From positions 1 to 61,086 of the forward strand of contig CAXMPC010000091.1 of assembly GCA_964195335.1 (NCBI GenBank): a stretch of 61,086 nt of DNA. Direction: 5' to 3'. Positions 1 through 8,242 of this stretch are shown piece after piece; position 1 is the stretch's first letter; the number at the start of each line of letters is the position of its first letter. The DNA comes from an uncultured Gammaproteobacteria bacterium. GTDB lineage: Bacteria > Pseudomonadota > Gammaproteobacteria > QNFN01. Made by a program: the position numbers and the translations under genes. The notes under the pieces are model-generated. The model did no database searches. It saw only the letters and a program-made list of their open reading frames with translations, and was not told where the DNA came from.

Positions 1-553
1 CATAAACCGCATTGATCAGGCGGCGGTTTTCGTTGTATAGCGCGGTCGATTCGCGCAAGGCTTCATCGGTAATGGTAATGCCGCCAACATTCTCCAGTCC
101 CGCTTTGAGTTCTTCGAGTTCTTCGGCGTAGTAGTTGCCACCGATATTGTTGTCGTAATTTTGTGGCACGTCGAAATAACGCACATAAACATCCGGGAAC
201 ATCAGTTGCCACATGCCGGACAGGTTGCGGATGACATCACAGATGCTGGGGAACAGCATGCCGTCAACGAAATCCAGCTTCTTGGTCAGGCCAAGTTCAA
301 TGGTTGAGCGCGGAATACGACAAATATAGCTCTGGTAGTAGGCATCGCCGTGGATGACCTCCATCTGGTCACCTCCACCCAGGATGCCGAGCGGTAGCAT
401 GCCGGCGGCATGGATCAGCTCCTCCGGCACGTAGACCGGCATGTAGCCGATCACCTTGCGACTCGGGTCGGCGGCCTTCCACTCGCGCGCGGTGCTGAAG
501 TGGAGGTCCTCGTAGAGCGCCTCGCAGCGCTTGATGATGTCAGCGGTACTCAT
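1..553 (-). CDS. bcrC: benzoyl-CoA reductase subunit C-like (BcrC/BadD; 2-hydroxyacyl-CoA dehydratase family), N-terminal part; gene continues beyond the window edge
   Basis: Own translation of the reverse strand from ATG 551-553: MSTADIIKRCEALYEDLHFSTAREWKAADPSRKVIGYMPVYVPEELIHAAGMLPLGILGGGDQMEVIHGDAYYQSYICRIPRSTIELG... It stays open to position 1 and is missing from the ORF track because it is truncated. The N-terminus is typical of BcrB/BcrC/HgdB-type subunits. It starts 2 nt after the dch stop, next to dch/oah/had as in Thauera-type clusters. Confidence 0.7.
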   Translation of the reverse strand, partial: MSTADIIKRCEALYEDLHFSTAREWKAADPSRKVIGYMPVYVPEELIHAAGMLPLGILGGGDQMEVIHGDAYYQSYICRIPRSTIELGLTKKLDFVDGMLFPSICDVIRNLSGMWQLMFPDVYVRYFDVPQNYDNNIGGNYYAEELEELKAGLENVGGITITDEALRESTALYNENRRLINAVY

Positions 554-555
554 GC

Positions 556-1326
556 TCAGCGGTTCTCCCAGTTTGCGGGGCGTTTCTCGGTAAACGCCAC
601 TAGGCCCTCGGTGGCGTCATGCGTCGCCATCAGGCCGTCGAGATAGAGCGTTTCGACCTCGGCCAGCTTGGCCTTGATCCGCGTGGCGGCATCTCCATGT
701 GCCGCCAGCACGGCGAAACGCAGGCTGCTCGCGCTGTGTGGCGCGAGGTGGGTATCGAAATAGTCCAGGGCGGCCGCCTCGGGGTCGTCGACGGCACTGT
801 TGGCCAGACCGATCCGGGCCGCCTCGGCGCCGTCGATCGAGCGACCGGAAAAGAGCAGGTCCTCGGCATGGACGCGACCGACCCGCTCCGGTAGCAGGCA
901 GGAAGCCGCCGGAGCGAACACCGCGATGCGGATCTCCGGCTGGCCGAGGGCAGCATCGGGGGTGACGAACATCAGGTGGCCGGCGGCGGCGACCTCGAGC
1001 CCGCCCCCGAGGCACTGGCCACGGACCGCGACCATGATCGGCACCGGAAAATCGACCATCCGGCCGACCAGTGCATGCAGGCCACGCAGCATGTCGGCAC
1101 ACAGCTCCGGCAGGTGCTCCTCGACACTGGCGCCGAAACTGAAGTGCGGCCCTTCGTGGTCGAGCAGCACCGCACTCAGTGCGGCATCGTCGCGCGCCTC
1201 GGCCAACGCGGCATCGAGCGCGGCAATCATCGCCGCGTCGATGATGTTGGCCTTGGGACGCGCCAGGCGCAGGCGCAGCAGCTTGCCTTCACGCTCGCGC
1301 CAGACCTTCAGTGGGCTGTCACTCAT
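556..1326 (-). CDS. dch: cyclohexa-1,5-diene-1-carbonyl-CoA hydratase (crotonase family)
   Basis: 256-aa ORF with an enoyl-CoA hydratase fold (FSFGASVEEH, GQCLGGGLEVAAAG). Tightly packed between oah and bcrC; length and context match Dch. Confidence 0.8.
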   Translation of the reverse strand: MSDSPLKVWREREGKLLRLRLARPKANIIDAAMIAALDAALAEARDDAALSAVLLDHEGPHFSFGASVEEHLPELCADMLRGLHALVGRMVDFPVPIMVAVRGQCLGGGLEVAAAGHLMFVTPDAALGQPEIRIAVFAPAASCLLPERVGRVHAEDLLFSGRSIDGAEAARIGLANSAVDDPEAAALDYFDTHLAPHSASSLRFAVLAAHGDAATRIKAKLAEVETLYLDGLMATHDATEGLVAFTEKRPANWENR

Positions 1327-1330
1327 CGAT

Positions 1331-2479
1331 TCAGCCCTGCGCCTTCGGAATCAGGCTCTCGATCAGCTCTTCGCTCCACGGCGCGCCCTTGGCCAGTGCC
1401 TGGCGCAGCGCGACGAAGTCGATCTCGCGGCCGATCTCACGGTTGCCCTCGTTGAAGGCGCGGAAACCGGTGCGTGCCTCGTTCATCATGTTCAAGGCCA
1501 GCCAGGCGCGGCTGTTCTCCTTGTTCTGGTTCCATGCCTCGAGCTTGGGCTTGCGCAGTTCCTCGAGACTCTTGGCCATGCACTCGGGGAAGGTTTCGAG
1601 CAGCTTGGCGCAGAGCTTATCGACCTCTTCGTCGAGCAGGCTCAGGTCGATTTCGCCCGATTTGACCTGTTCGCGTGCGGCCTTGGCGTCGGCGCCACTC
1701 TTGAACTCGCCGTGGACGATGCGCCCGTATTCGTCGAGGTGACGGTCGGTGACCACGGCCGGGTTGGCGACGAACTCGCCGTCGATCTTCAGGGCCGGAA
1801 CGACCTGGGAGACGACGCCGAGGCGGTAGGCCTTGTGCGCCGAAAAGGGCTCGCACAGGGTACCGGAGACCATCGCCTGTTCGCAGCCGATCATCACCGG
1901 CAGGAAGTCTGTCGCACCACCGATCGCCGCCGAACCGTGCTTCGGACCCGCCTGGCCGAAGTTGGCCAGGTCCTGGGCGACGGTGAAATCGGCGGCCATG
2001 CCAATCTCCTGGCCGCCACCGATGCGCATGCCGTTGACGCGGCAGATCACCGGCTTGTCGCAACCGAGGATGGCGCTGACCATGTCGTTGAACAGACGCA
2101 TGTACTGGCGGTATTCCTGCGGATTACCGGCGTAGTACTCGGCGTATTCCTTGGTGTTGCCGCCGGTGCAAAACGCCTTGTCACCGACCGCGGTAAAGAC
2201 CACGGCATTGACCGAACGGTCGACCGAGGCACGGCGGAAAGCGAGGATCACCGCCTTGACCATGTCGGTGGTGTAGCTGTTGTACTGCTTCGGGTTGTTG
2301 AGCACGATCCAGGCGTTGTAGAGCCCGTCGGCGACGCTGCCGTCGCGCCGCTTCGCCGCGCGGCGCTCGTAGAGCACCATGCCGTCGCACAACGACTCGA
2401 TCTCGGCGTCGAGCAGGTTGTGGTCTACCAGCGCCTCAGGCGCCGTGCGGTCCGCGATGGTCTGGGTGGTGTCGGTCAT
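1331..2479 (-). CDS. oah: 6-oxocyclohex-1-ene-1-carbonyl-CoA hydrolase (ring-cleaving; Oah/BamA)
   Basis: 382-aa crotonase-superfamily protein with the long C-terminal extension typical of Oah/BamA (NAWIVLNNPKQYNSYT, FCTGGNTKEYAEYY, RVNGMRIGGGQEIGMAADF). Flanked by dch and had. Confidence 0.85.
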   Translation of the reverse strand: MTDTTQTIADRTAPEALVDHNLLDAEIESLCDGMVLYERRAAKRRDGSVADGLYNAWIVLNNPKQYNSYTTDMVKAVILAFRRASVDRSVNAVVFTAVGDKAFCTGGNTKEYAEYYAGNPQEYRQYMRLFNDMVSAILGCDKPVICRVNGMRIGGGQEIGMAADFTVAQDLANFGQAGPKHGSAAIGGATDFLPVMIGCEQAMVSGTLCEPFSAHKAYRLGVVSQVVPALKIDGEFVANPAVVTDRHLDEYGRIVHGEFKSGADAKAAREQVKSGEIDLSLLDEEVDKLCAKLLETFPECMAKSLEELRKPKLEAWNQNKENSRAWLALNMMNEARTGFRAFNEGNREIGREIDFVALRQALAKGAPWSEELIESLIPKAQG

Positions 2480-2526
2480 TGTCGGTCCTGTCCTTCCGTC
2501 AAATGCGTTTATCGAATGCCGTATTT

Positions 2527-2576
2527 CTGTGGGTCGGGCTTGAGCCCGACATGTCGGACTGAAGTCCGACCCACAG
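2527..2576. repeat. REP-like element: two tandem hairpins (GTCGGGC-TTGA-GCCCGAC and GTCGGAC-TGAA-GTCCGAC) enclosed by an outer stem CTGTGGGTCGG/CCGACCCACAG
   Basis: Read directly from the sequence. Lies in the 119-nt had-oah intercistronic gap. A related single copy lies at 8963-8981. Confidence 0.75.
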
Positions 2577-2598
2577 GGTCAGCGCGCTTGCTTACTAC

Positions 2599-3672
2599 TC
2601 ACTCGCCCGGCACCAGGATCGCGCGCCGTGTCAGCTGGTGGTCATGCGCGGCGGTGAAGACCTGCTGGATCTGGTCCAGTGGGTGCTGCTCCACAAACGG
2701 TGCCAGCGCGACCTTGCCGTCCAGCACCAGGTCCAGAGCCGCGGGGTAGAGATCGACGTCACAGCCCCAGTTGCCCTGCGCCTTGGCGTGGAACGCCATC
2801 AGGTTCGACAGCCGCAGCTCAACCGTGTCCATGGTGAATCCGACCACGGCGAGGTGCGCGCCGAAGGTCAGCAGACCGTAGGCCGTGGTCTGGCCGGCGG
2901 TGGTGCCGGAGCACTCGAAGATCTTCCACTCGGTGGTGCGCAGACCGTTCTCCTTGGCGTAGCCCTGCACTGCTTTGCGCAGCTCGCGGCCCGAAAACTC
3001 GCGAGCGTTGAGTGTCTTCGCGGCGCCGAATTCACCGATGGCATCAAGCTTGGCCTGGTCGACGTCGATCGCGACCACGGTGGCACCGAATGCCGCCGCG
3101 ACCTGGACCGCGTAACCGCCGACGCCACCGACACCGATGACGATCGCCAGGTCACCCTGTTGGACGTCGGCCTGGACCACCGCCTGGTAGGGCGTGGTCA
3201 GCGCGTCGGCGATCACCGAGACATCGGCCAGTAGCAGCCCAGCGGCCTCGAGGCGCGTCTCGTCGACCTCGCACAGACCATGGACCGGAACGGTGATGTG
3301 ACTGGCGAAACCGCCGTGGATGTCGTTACCCGGCATCTTCTGCGCCCGGCAGATGGTGCCGTGGCCGCGCTGGCAAAGCTCACAGCTGCCACACGGGATC
3401 ACCGCCGGGACGATCACCGCCTTGCCCTGCCACGCCGTGGCGTCGGCACCGGTGGTGATGACGCGGCCGCTGATCTCGTGGCCCAGGGTCAGCGGCAGCG
3501 GCTGGTTGGTGCGCACGCCGTCATAATAGAAACCGAGGTCCGTATGGCAGACGCCACAACCGGCGATCTCGACCACGGCCTCGCCGGCGCCAGGCGCGGC
3601 GAGATCAAACGGGTTGCGAACCAGGGGCTCGCCGACGGCTGTCATTTCCCAACGATGGGGTTCGAGACTCAC
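2599..3672 (-). CDS. had: 6-hydroxycyclohex-1-ene-1-carbonyl-CoA dehydrogenase (Zn-dependent MDR alcohol dehydrogenase family)
   Basis: Zn-ADH motifs [10 protein letters not shown] and [11 protein letters not shown]. First gene of the had-oah-dch-bcr string. I prefer the GTG start at 3672 (GGAGGA 6 nt upstream) over the track start at 3753; ATG 3645 is an alternative. Confidence 0.8.
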   Translation of the reverse strand: MSLEPHRWEMTAVGEPLVRNPFDLAAPGAGEAVVEIAGCGVCHTDLGFYYDGVRTNQPLPLTLGHEISGRVITTGADATAWQGKAVIVPAVIPCGSCELCQRGHGTICRAQKMPGNDIHGGFASHITVPVHGLCEVDETRLEAAGLLLADVSVIADALTTPYQAVVQADVQQGDLAIVIGVGGVGGYAVQVAAAFGATVVAIDVDQAKLDAIGEFGAAKTLNAREFSGRELRKAVQGYAKENGLRTTEWKIFECSGTTAGQTTAYGLLTFGAHLAVVGFTMDTVELRLSNLMAFHAKAQGNWGCDVDLYPAALDLVLDGKVALAPFVEQHPLDQIQQVFTAAHDHQLTRRAILVPGE

Positions 3673-3712
3673 TGCGCTTCCTCCTGCAAGGTTGTAATTC
3701 TGTTTTGAGGCT

Positions 3713-3740
3713 ATTATATTGACGTTTACGTAAACGTCAA
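3713..3740 (-). promoter_or_regulatory. sigma70-type promoter of the had-oah-dch-bcr operon with an embedded perfect 22-bp palindromic operator
   Basis: The reverse strand reads TTGACG-tttacgtaaacgtcaa-TATAAT (-35 at 3735-3740, 16-nt spacer, -10 at 3713-3718). The palindrome TTGACGTTTACGTAAACGTCAA spans 3719-3740, so its outer arm is the -35 hexamer. Confidence 0.65.
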
Positions 3741-3778
3741 CTAAAACTTTCACCTGGACACTTAAAATTGGTTCACGA

Positions 3779-3796
3779 TGACGTCAACGTCAACTT
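3779..3796. promoter_or_regulatory. tandem half-sites TGACGTCAACGTCAAC related to the operator arm (ACGTCAA)
   Basis: ACGTCAA occurs twice in direct repeat, about 40 bp from the full palindrome, in the had/korA divergent region. Confidence 0.35.
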
Positions 3797-3841
3797 TTTC
3801 GCCCTTTTTCAGATGCCCCCTGAAGGCGCGGGGTTGTGCAA

Positions 3842-3855
3842 ATGACCCGCATCAA
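3842..3855 (+). promoter_or_regulatory. possible FNR/AcpR-type site (ATGAC-CCGC-ATCAA) in class II position for a korAB promoter
   Basis: 8/10 match to TTGAT-N4-ATCAA with a perfect right half. A TATAAG -10-like hexamer lies at 3875-3880, which puts the site centre about 40 nt upstream of the predicted start. Confidence 0.3.
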
Positions 3856-4034
3856 TAAAAATATCGGAATTCCTTATAAGGAAAGACTATGTCGATCAAT
3901 GTCGCATTGCAGCATCGGGAACTCACTCAAGTGAATACCCCCGCTACGGTGACATTTCCGGATCGGCGGACACCAACCCGGCATATGGATGCCCGACCTG
4001 ACCCAGACTGGCCCTACCAGCAAGAGAGCGCACC

Positions 4035-5756
4035 ATGACCACTGAGACATCGAAATCCGTATCGATCGTGCTGACCGGCAGCGGCGGATCGGGCGTGATG
4101 ACCGCCGGGAGCATGCTCCTCGACGCCGCCGGTCGTGCCGGCTACTACGCGCTGATGACGCGCTCCTCCGGCCCGCAGATCCGCGGCGGGGAAGCGGCAG
4201 CCATGGTGCGGATCGCCACCCATCCGGTCGAATCGCATACCGATCGCTACGACATGCTGATGGCCATCGACTGGCAGAACGTCGGCCGCTTCGCCGCCGA
4301 GATCCCGATGGACGAGGCGAGCCTGATGATCGGCGACCCCAAGGGAGGGGAGCGACCGGAAATCATCGTCGCCACCGGCGCCCGCCAGGCGGAACTGCCG
4401 ATGAGAGAGATGGCCAAGGCCATCGAGGGCGGCCGCCCGAACATGCTGGTGCTCGGTGCCGTCGCCAAGATGATCGGCCTGCCCGATCAGGCTGTCACCG
4501 AGGTGATCGAGCGTAACCTCGCCCGCAAGGGCCAGGAGGCCGTCGACGCCAGCATCGCCTGCGTCAAGGCCGGCAGCAAGGCAGCGGCCGAACTGCCTTC
4601 GATACCGCAGTTATCCGCGTCCGAGACCGACAGCAGCCGCTGGAGCATCACCGGCAACCAGGCCGCCGGCCTCGGTGCGGTGCGTGGTGGCGTGCGCTTC
4701 GTTGCCGCCTACCCGATCACCCCCGGCACCGAGGTGCTGGAGTGGCTCGCCCCGGCGCTGAAGAAGGTCGGCGGCGTGCTTGTGCAGGCCGAGGACGAAC
4801 TCGCTTCGGTGACCCAGATCATCGGCGGTTCGTTCGGCGGTACGCCGTCATTGACGGCGACTTCGGGACCGGGCCTGGCCCTGATGATGGAATCGATCGG
4901 CCTGGCGGTCGCGTCGGAAACGCCGATCGTGGTCGTCGACGTCATGCGCGGTGGCCCGTCGACCGGCATTCCGACCAAATCCGAGCAGAGCGACCTGAAC
5001 ATCGCCGTCTACGGTCTCCACGGCGATGCCCCGCACCTGGTGGTGGCGCCGACCTCGCTCGGTGACTGTCTGTTCACCACCCAATGGGCCGTGCACCTGG
5101 CCGAATCGCTGCAGACCGCGGCGATCGTCCTCTCCGACCAGGCGCTGGGCCAGAGCCAGGCGATCATCGATCGGCCGGCCGACGTCGCCTTCCTGGCCAA
5201 GCGCGAAATACCGGCCGAGGTCGGTGAGGACTTCAAACGCTATGCCATCACCGCCTCAGGCGTCTCGCCGATGCCGATCCCGGGCATGGCGGGTGGCCAG
5301 TACACCGCCGATGGCCTTGAACACACCGAGACTGGAACGCCATCGAGTTCAGACATCGATCACAGCGCGCAGATGGACAAACGCCTGCGCAAGCTGACCG
5401 ATTTCAACTACGGTGACCACTGGGCCGACATCGACGGTGATGGCGAGACCGCCATCCTGACCTGGGGTTCGACCTCCGGTCCGGTCAGCGAGGCGCTCGA
5501 TCGGGTACGTGCCGACGGCGGTGACGCCCGCCTGATCAAGATCCGCCTGCTGTTGCCGGTGCAGCCAGAACAGTTCGCCGCCGCCCTGGAGGGTGTCAAG
5601 AGGGTATTGATCGTCGAGCAGAGTCATAGCGGCCAGTTCTATCGCTACCTGCGCGCCCACTACGAACTTCCCGACGACGTCCAGGTTTTCGCCAAGCCAG
5701 GCCCGCTGCCGATCCGGCCCGCGGAAATCGTCGACCGCCTTGCCAACTGGAGCTGA
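4035..5756 (+). CDS. korA: 2-oxoglutarate:ferredoxin oxidoreductase, alpha subunit (two-subunit KGOR type)
   Basis: 573-aa fused gamma/alpha-type 2-oxoacid:ferredoxin oxidoreductase (GSGGSGVMTAG; AAYPITPGTEVLEWL). Overlaps korB by 1 nt. This enzyme type accompanies class I benzoyl-CoA reductase in Thauera. Confidence 0.8.
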   Translation: MTTETSKSVSIVLTGSGGSGVMTAGSMLLDAAGRAGYYALMTRSSGPQIRGGEAAAMVRIATHPVESHTDRYDMLMAIDWQNVGRFAAEIPMDEASLMIGDPKGGERPEIIVATGARQAELPMREMAKAIEGGRPNMLVLGAVAKMIGLPDQAVTEVIERNLARKGQEAVDASIACVKAGSKAAAELPSIPQLSASETDSSRWSITGNQAAGLGAVRGGVRFVAAYPITPGTEVLEWLAPALKKVGGVLVQAEDELASVTQIIGGSFGGTPSLTATSGPGLALMMESIGLAVASETPIVVVDVMRGGPSTGIPTKSEQSDLNIAVYGLHGDAPHLVVAPTSLGDCLFTTQWAVHLAESLQTAAIVLSDQALGQSQAIIDRPADVAFLAKREIPAEVGEDFKRYAITASGVSPMPIPGMAGGQYTADGLEHTETGTPSSSDIDHSAQMDKRLRKLTDFNYGDHWADIDGDGETAILTWGSTSGPVSEALDRVRADGGDARLIKIRLLLPVQPEQFAAALEGVKRVLIVEQSHSGQFYRYLRAHYELPDDVQVFAKPGPLPIRPAEIVDRLANWS

Positions 5757-6598
5757 TGATGGACACCAACACCGCTAGCAAACCGCTCACCGCCAAGGAC
5801 TTCAAGTCCAACGTCAAACCGGTCTGGTGCCCCGGATGTGGCGACTTCGGCGTCCTGTCGTCGCTGACCAAGGTCTTCGCCGAGCTTAAACTCATCCCCG
5901 AGAACGTCGCTGTCATCTCCGGCATCGGCTGCTCGTCGCGCATCCCGGCCTACGTCAACTCCTACGGCTTCCACGGCGTCCATGGCCGTGCGCTGCCGCT
6001 GGCAATCGGTCTCAAGGTGTCGCGCCCCGACCTGAGCGTCATCGTCACCGGCGGTGACGGCGACGGCTTCTCGATCGGGGGCAACCACTTTCTTCACGCC
6101 TGCCGGCGCAACGTCGACATGACCTACATCGTCATGGACAACCAGGTCTACGGCATGACCAAGGGCCAGGCGTCGCCGACCACCGAGGCCACCTGGGCCA
6201 AGGGCAAGTTGACCCCTGGCGGCCCCGGCATCAACCCGTTCAACCCGCTGGTGATTGCGCTGGCCTCAGGCGCCAACTACATCGCCCGCTGCTCCAGCGG
6301 TGATCCCAACGGCACCGCCAAGGTGCTCGCCGAGGCGATCGCGCACCCGGGCTTTTCGTTCGTGCAGATCATGAGCCCGTGCGTCACCTACCGTCCCGAG
6401 CAACGTGAGTGGAAGAAGACGGCCCGACCGTCACCGGTCGAGGCGACCGATGACCCGGCACGTGCGGCACGCCGACTGATGAGCGACGACGGCCTCAACA
6501 CCGGACCGCTCTACATCGGCAGTCGGGCCCCGTACCAGCCGGAGCTGAAGGCGAGCATCGAGAACCTCGCCGAACTCGAGCAGGAGTTCGTGGTATGA
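5756..6598 (+). CDS. korB: 2-oxoglutarate:ferredoxin oxidoreductase, beta (TPP-binding) subunit
   Basis: WCPGCGDFG and GGDGDGFSIGGNH TPP/Fe-S motifs; 280 aa. Confidence 0.85.
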   Translation: MMDTNTASKPLTAKDFKSNVKPVWCPGCGDFGVLSSLTKVFAELKLIPENVAVISGIGCSSRIPAYVNSYGFHGVHGRALPLAIGLKVSRPDLSVIVTGGDGDGFSIGGNHFLHACRRNVDMTYIVMDNQVYGMTKGQASPTTEATWAKGKLTPGGPGINPFNPLVIALASGANYIARCSSGDPNGTAKVLAEAIAHPGFSFVQIMSPCVTYRPEQREWKKTARPSPVEATDDPARAARRLMSDDGLNTGPLYIGSRAPYQPELKASIENLAELEQEFVV

Positions 6599-7134
6599 CT
6601 GCTCAGGAGAAGCCCACCAGCGGCAGCAAGACGATCGCCACGATCGAGGACCTGCTGGCACACGCCCGCGACATGGAGGCCGAGGCCGCCGAACGCTACG
6701 ACGACCTGGCCGACCAGATGGAGGTACACAACAACCACGAGGTCGCGCGGCTGTTCCGCAAGCTGGCCGAGATCGAGGCCAAGCACGTCGCCGCCGTCGA
6801 AGCGATGGGTGACGGTCTCGATCTGCCCGAGCTCAAGCCGTGGGACCACGCCTGGGAGAACGAAAGCCCCGAGGCACCCGAGTCCGACGAGGTCCACTAC
6901 CTGATGACGCCGTACCATGTCATCTCGATCGCGCTGCGCCACGAGAAGATTGCGGTCGACTTCTTCGAGGGCGTAGTCGCCAACAGCGCCGATCCGAAGC
7001 TGCGAGAGACCGCCGATCGGTTGGCCGATGAAGAACGTGATCACGTCAAGCTGCTCGAGGAGTGGCTGACACGCTTTCCCAAGCCTGACGAAGGCTGGGA
7101 CCACGACCCGGATCCGCCAAACCTGCAGGAGTAA
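6595..7134 (+). CDS. erythrin/ferritin-like di-iron protein (rubrerythrin family without a rubredoxin domain)
   Basis: Two E...ExxH half-sites (EIEAKH, EERDH) in a four-helix-type sequence. ATGA start/stop overlap with korB. Confidence 0.65.
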   Translation: MTAQEKPTSGSKTIATIEDLLAHARDMEAEAAERYDDLADQMEVHNNHEVARLFRKLAEIEAKHVAAVEAMGDGLDLPELKPWDHAWENESPEAPESDEVHYLMTPYHVISIALRHEKIAVDFFEGVVANSADPKLRETADRLADEERDHVKLLEEWLTRFPKPDEGWDHDPDPPNLQE

Positions 7135-7156
7135 TCCTGCCGCATCGCGGCTCCGA

Positions 7157-7183
7157 ACGCCCGGCCTCGCCGGGCGTTTTTTT
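7157..7183 (+). terminator. rho-independent terminator after the korAB-erythrin operon
   Basis: Stem ACGCCCGG / CCGGGCGT with a 5-nt loop, followed by TTTTTTT. Confidence 0.8.
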
Positions 7184-7296
7184 ATCCTGTTGCCATAGTG
7201 ACTTTCGAGACCCGGGTAGCCGCCCGGTTCTCTAGAGCACCTTTCCCATAGCGTCTAGACTTGCGCCATGGTCACGGACTCGGACAACTCTCCGGC

Positions 7297-7933
7297 GACC
7301 GAAACCCGCGAAAAAACGAGCACCTGGTCGAGATGGCCCAGGTCGTCTTCAAGTACGGCGGCACGCTCGACAAGTACATCGGCGACGCAATCCTGGTCTT
7401 CTTTGGTGATCCTGATACCAAGGGCCGCGAAGAAGATGCCCACGCCGCCGTTTGCATGGCGCTGGAGATGCAGGGACGGATGCGTGAATTGCGGGAACAG
7501 TGGCAGAACCGGGGACTGCACCGCCCGTTCCATATCCGCATCGGCATCACCAGCGGGCACTGCACGGTAGGCAACTTCGGCAGCGAACAGCAGATGGCCT
7601 ACACCGTCATCGGGCGCCAGGTGTACCTGGCGAGTCGTCTCCAGGCCAACCTGGTCACCGGTCAACGAACGCGTGGACGGTCAGCGGGGCAGTCCGGTCA
7701 ATGCCCAGGGTTTCGACGAGTTCGTTTAGGTCCACAAAGTTTTTGGCCTCAAGGATCCACGCAAGTCGGTCACCGTGATCAAGGGTGGCGAGCAAGGCTT
7801 CTCGCTGTGGCACGATCCGCAACAGATCGAATCGGAGACACGCGACCAGATTAGGCGTCACCTAAGACTGACACTGAAAACGATTGACCAACTGCCGAGG
7901 CAAGATGACGAAACGGACCTGCCGCACGAATAA
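7297..7933 (+). pseudogene. class III adenylate/guanylate cyclase catalytic-domain remnant: 5'-truncated, frameshifted, with an in-frame TAG
   Basis: VVFKYGGTLDKYIGDAILVFFGDP...IRIGITSGHCTVGNFGS...YTVIGRQVYLASRLQ is the C-terminal two-thirds of a cyclase domain, and the N-terminal metal-binding FxDIxGFT block is absent. After about 7655 similarity continues in the +1 frame (VNERVDG...FDEFV-TAG(7727-7729)-VHKVFGLKDPRKSVTV). Confidence 0.7.
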
Positions 7934-7998
7934 ATCAGGAGTGACTTTCAGTGATCACACACACTCAAGTGCGCTTCTGAGCCATCAGATTCCCACAG

Positions 7999-8229
7999 TT
8001 ACGTCTTGGGCGCATACGGCTTGATCATCGACTCCGCCACGCCACGCACGGTCACCCGGCAGGCATCACCATCGATAGTGATCGCACCACAACAGCAAGC
8101 GTTGTAGCCGGACTTTTCGACCAGTTCATCACAGGCGGGACAGCGCAGGTAAGGCGCCCGCCAGGCGCCGTCTATCGGCCCGGTGCCGATCAACTCCAGA
8201 TCGCCTGGTACCGGCTTCGCCCGGTTCAC
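7999..8229 (-). CDS. hypothetical small Cys-rich protein (about 76 aa; CPAC...CCC)
   Basis: High third-position GC. The track ORF overlaps the CBS gene upstream, so I start at GTG 8229, 14 nt after the CBS gene stop. No family recognised. Confidence 0.4.
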   Translation of the reverse strand: MNRAKPVPGDLELIGTGPIDGAWRAPYLRCPACDELVEKSGYNACCCGAITIDGDACRVTVRGVAESMIKPYAPKT

Positions 8230-8242
8230 GTCGGCTTCAGGG

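Noticed and set aside
800-2749. 649-aa forward ORF overlapping dch and oah. The same class includes 12544-13890, 23176-24102, 24328-25377, 29882-30997, 33019-34170, 39418-40350, 41399-42469, 48005-49072, 49118-50185, 50161-51396, 55988-57052 and 58062-58883.
   Set aside because: These are antisense shadow ORFs, typical of high-GC DNA. Their translations are Arg/Ala/Gly/Pro-rich and low-complexity, with no motifs. The opposite strand carries clearly recognisable genes with strong GC3 bias.
3673-3753. N-terminal extension of had in the track ORF ([18 protein letters not shown]...). Similar long 5' extensions occur at livG, SBP, padD, glk, dacC, nudE, surA, maeB, amgK, the M14-like gene, ubiV and others.
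   Set aside because: The extensions run through AT-rich promoter/operator DNA or through upstream genes. Internal starts have Shine-Dalgarno sequences and give canonical N-termini or signal peptides.
3889-4038. 49-codon upstream ORF (MSINVALQHRELTQ...) with AGGA upstream and an ATGA overlap with korA
   Set aside because: Third-position GC is only about 57% by my count, against the very high GC3 of real genes here. There are no Cys or other motifs. The predicted korA transcription start would fall at or after its ATG. It is more likely 5'-UTR.
7655-7861. 68-aa reverse ORF after the cyclase fragment
   Set aside because: It lies antisense to the out-of-frame C-terminal continuation of the cyclase pseudogene, and I recognise no family.
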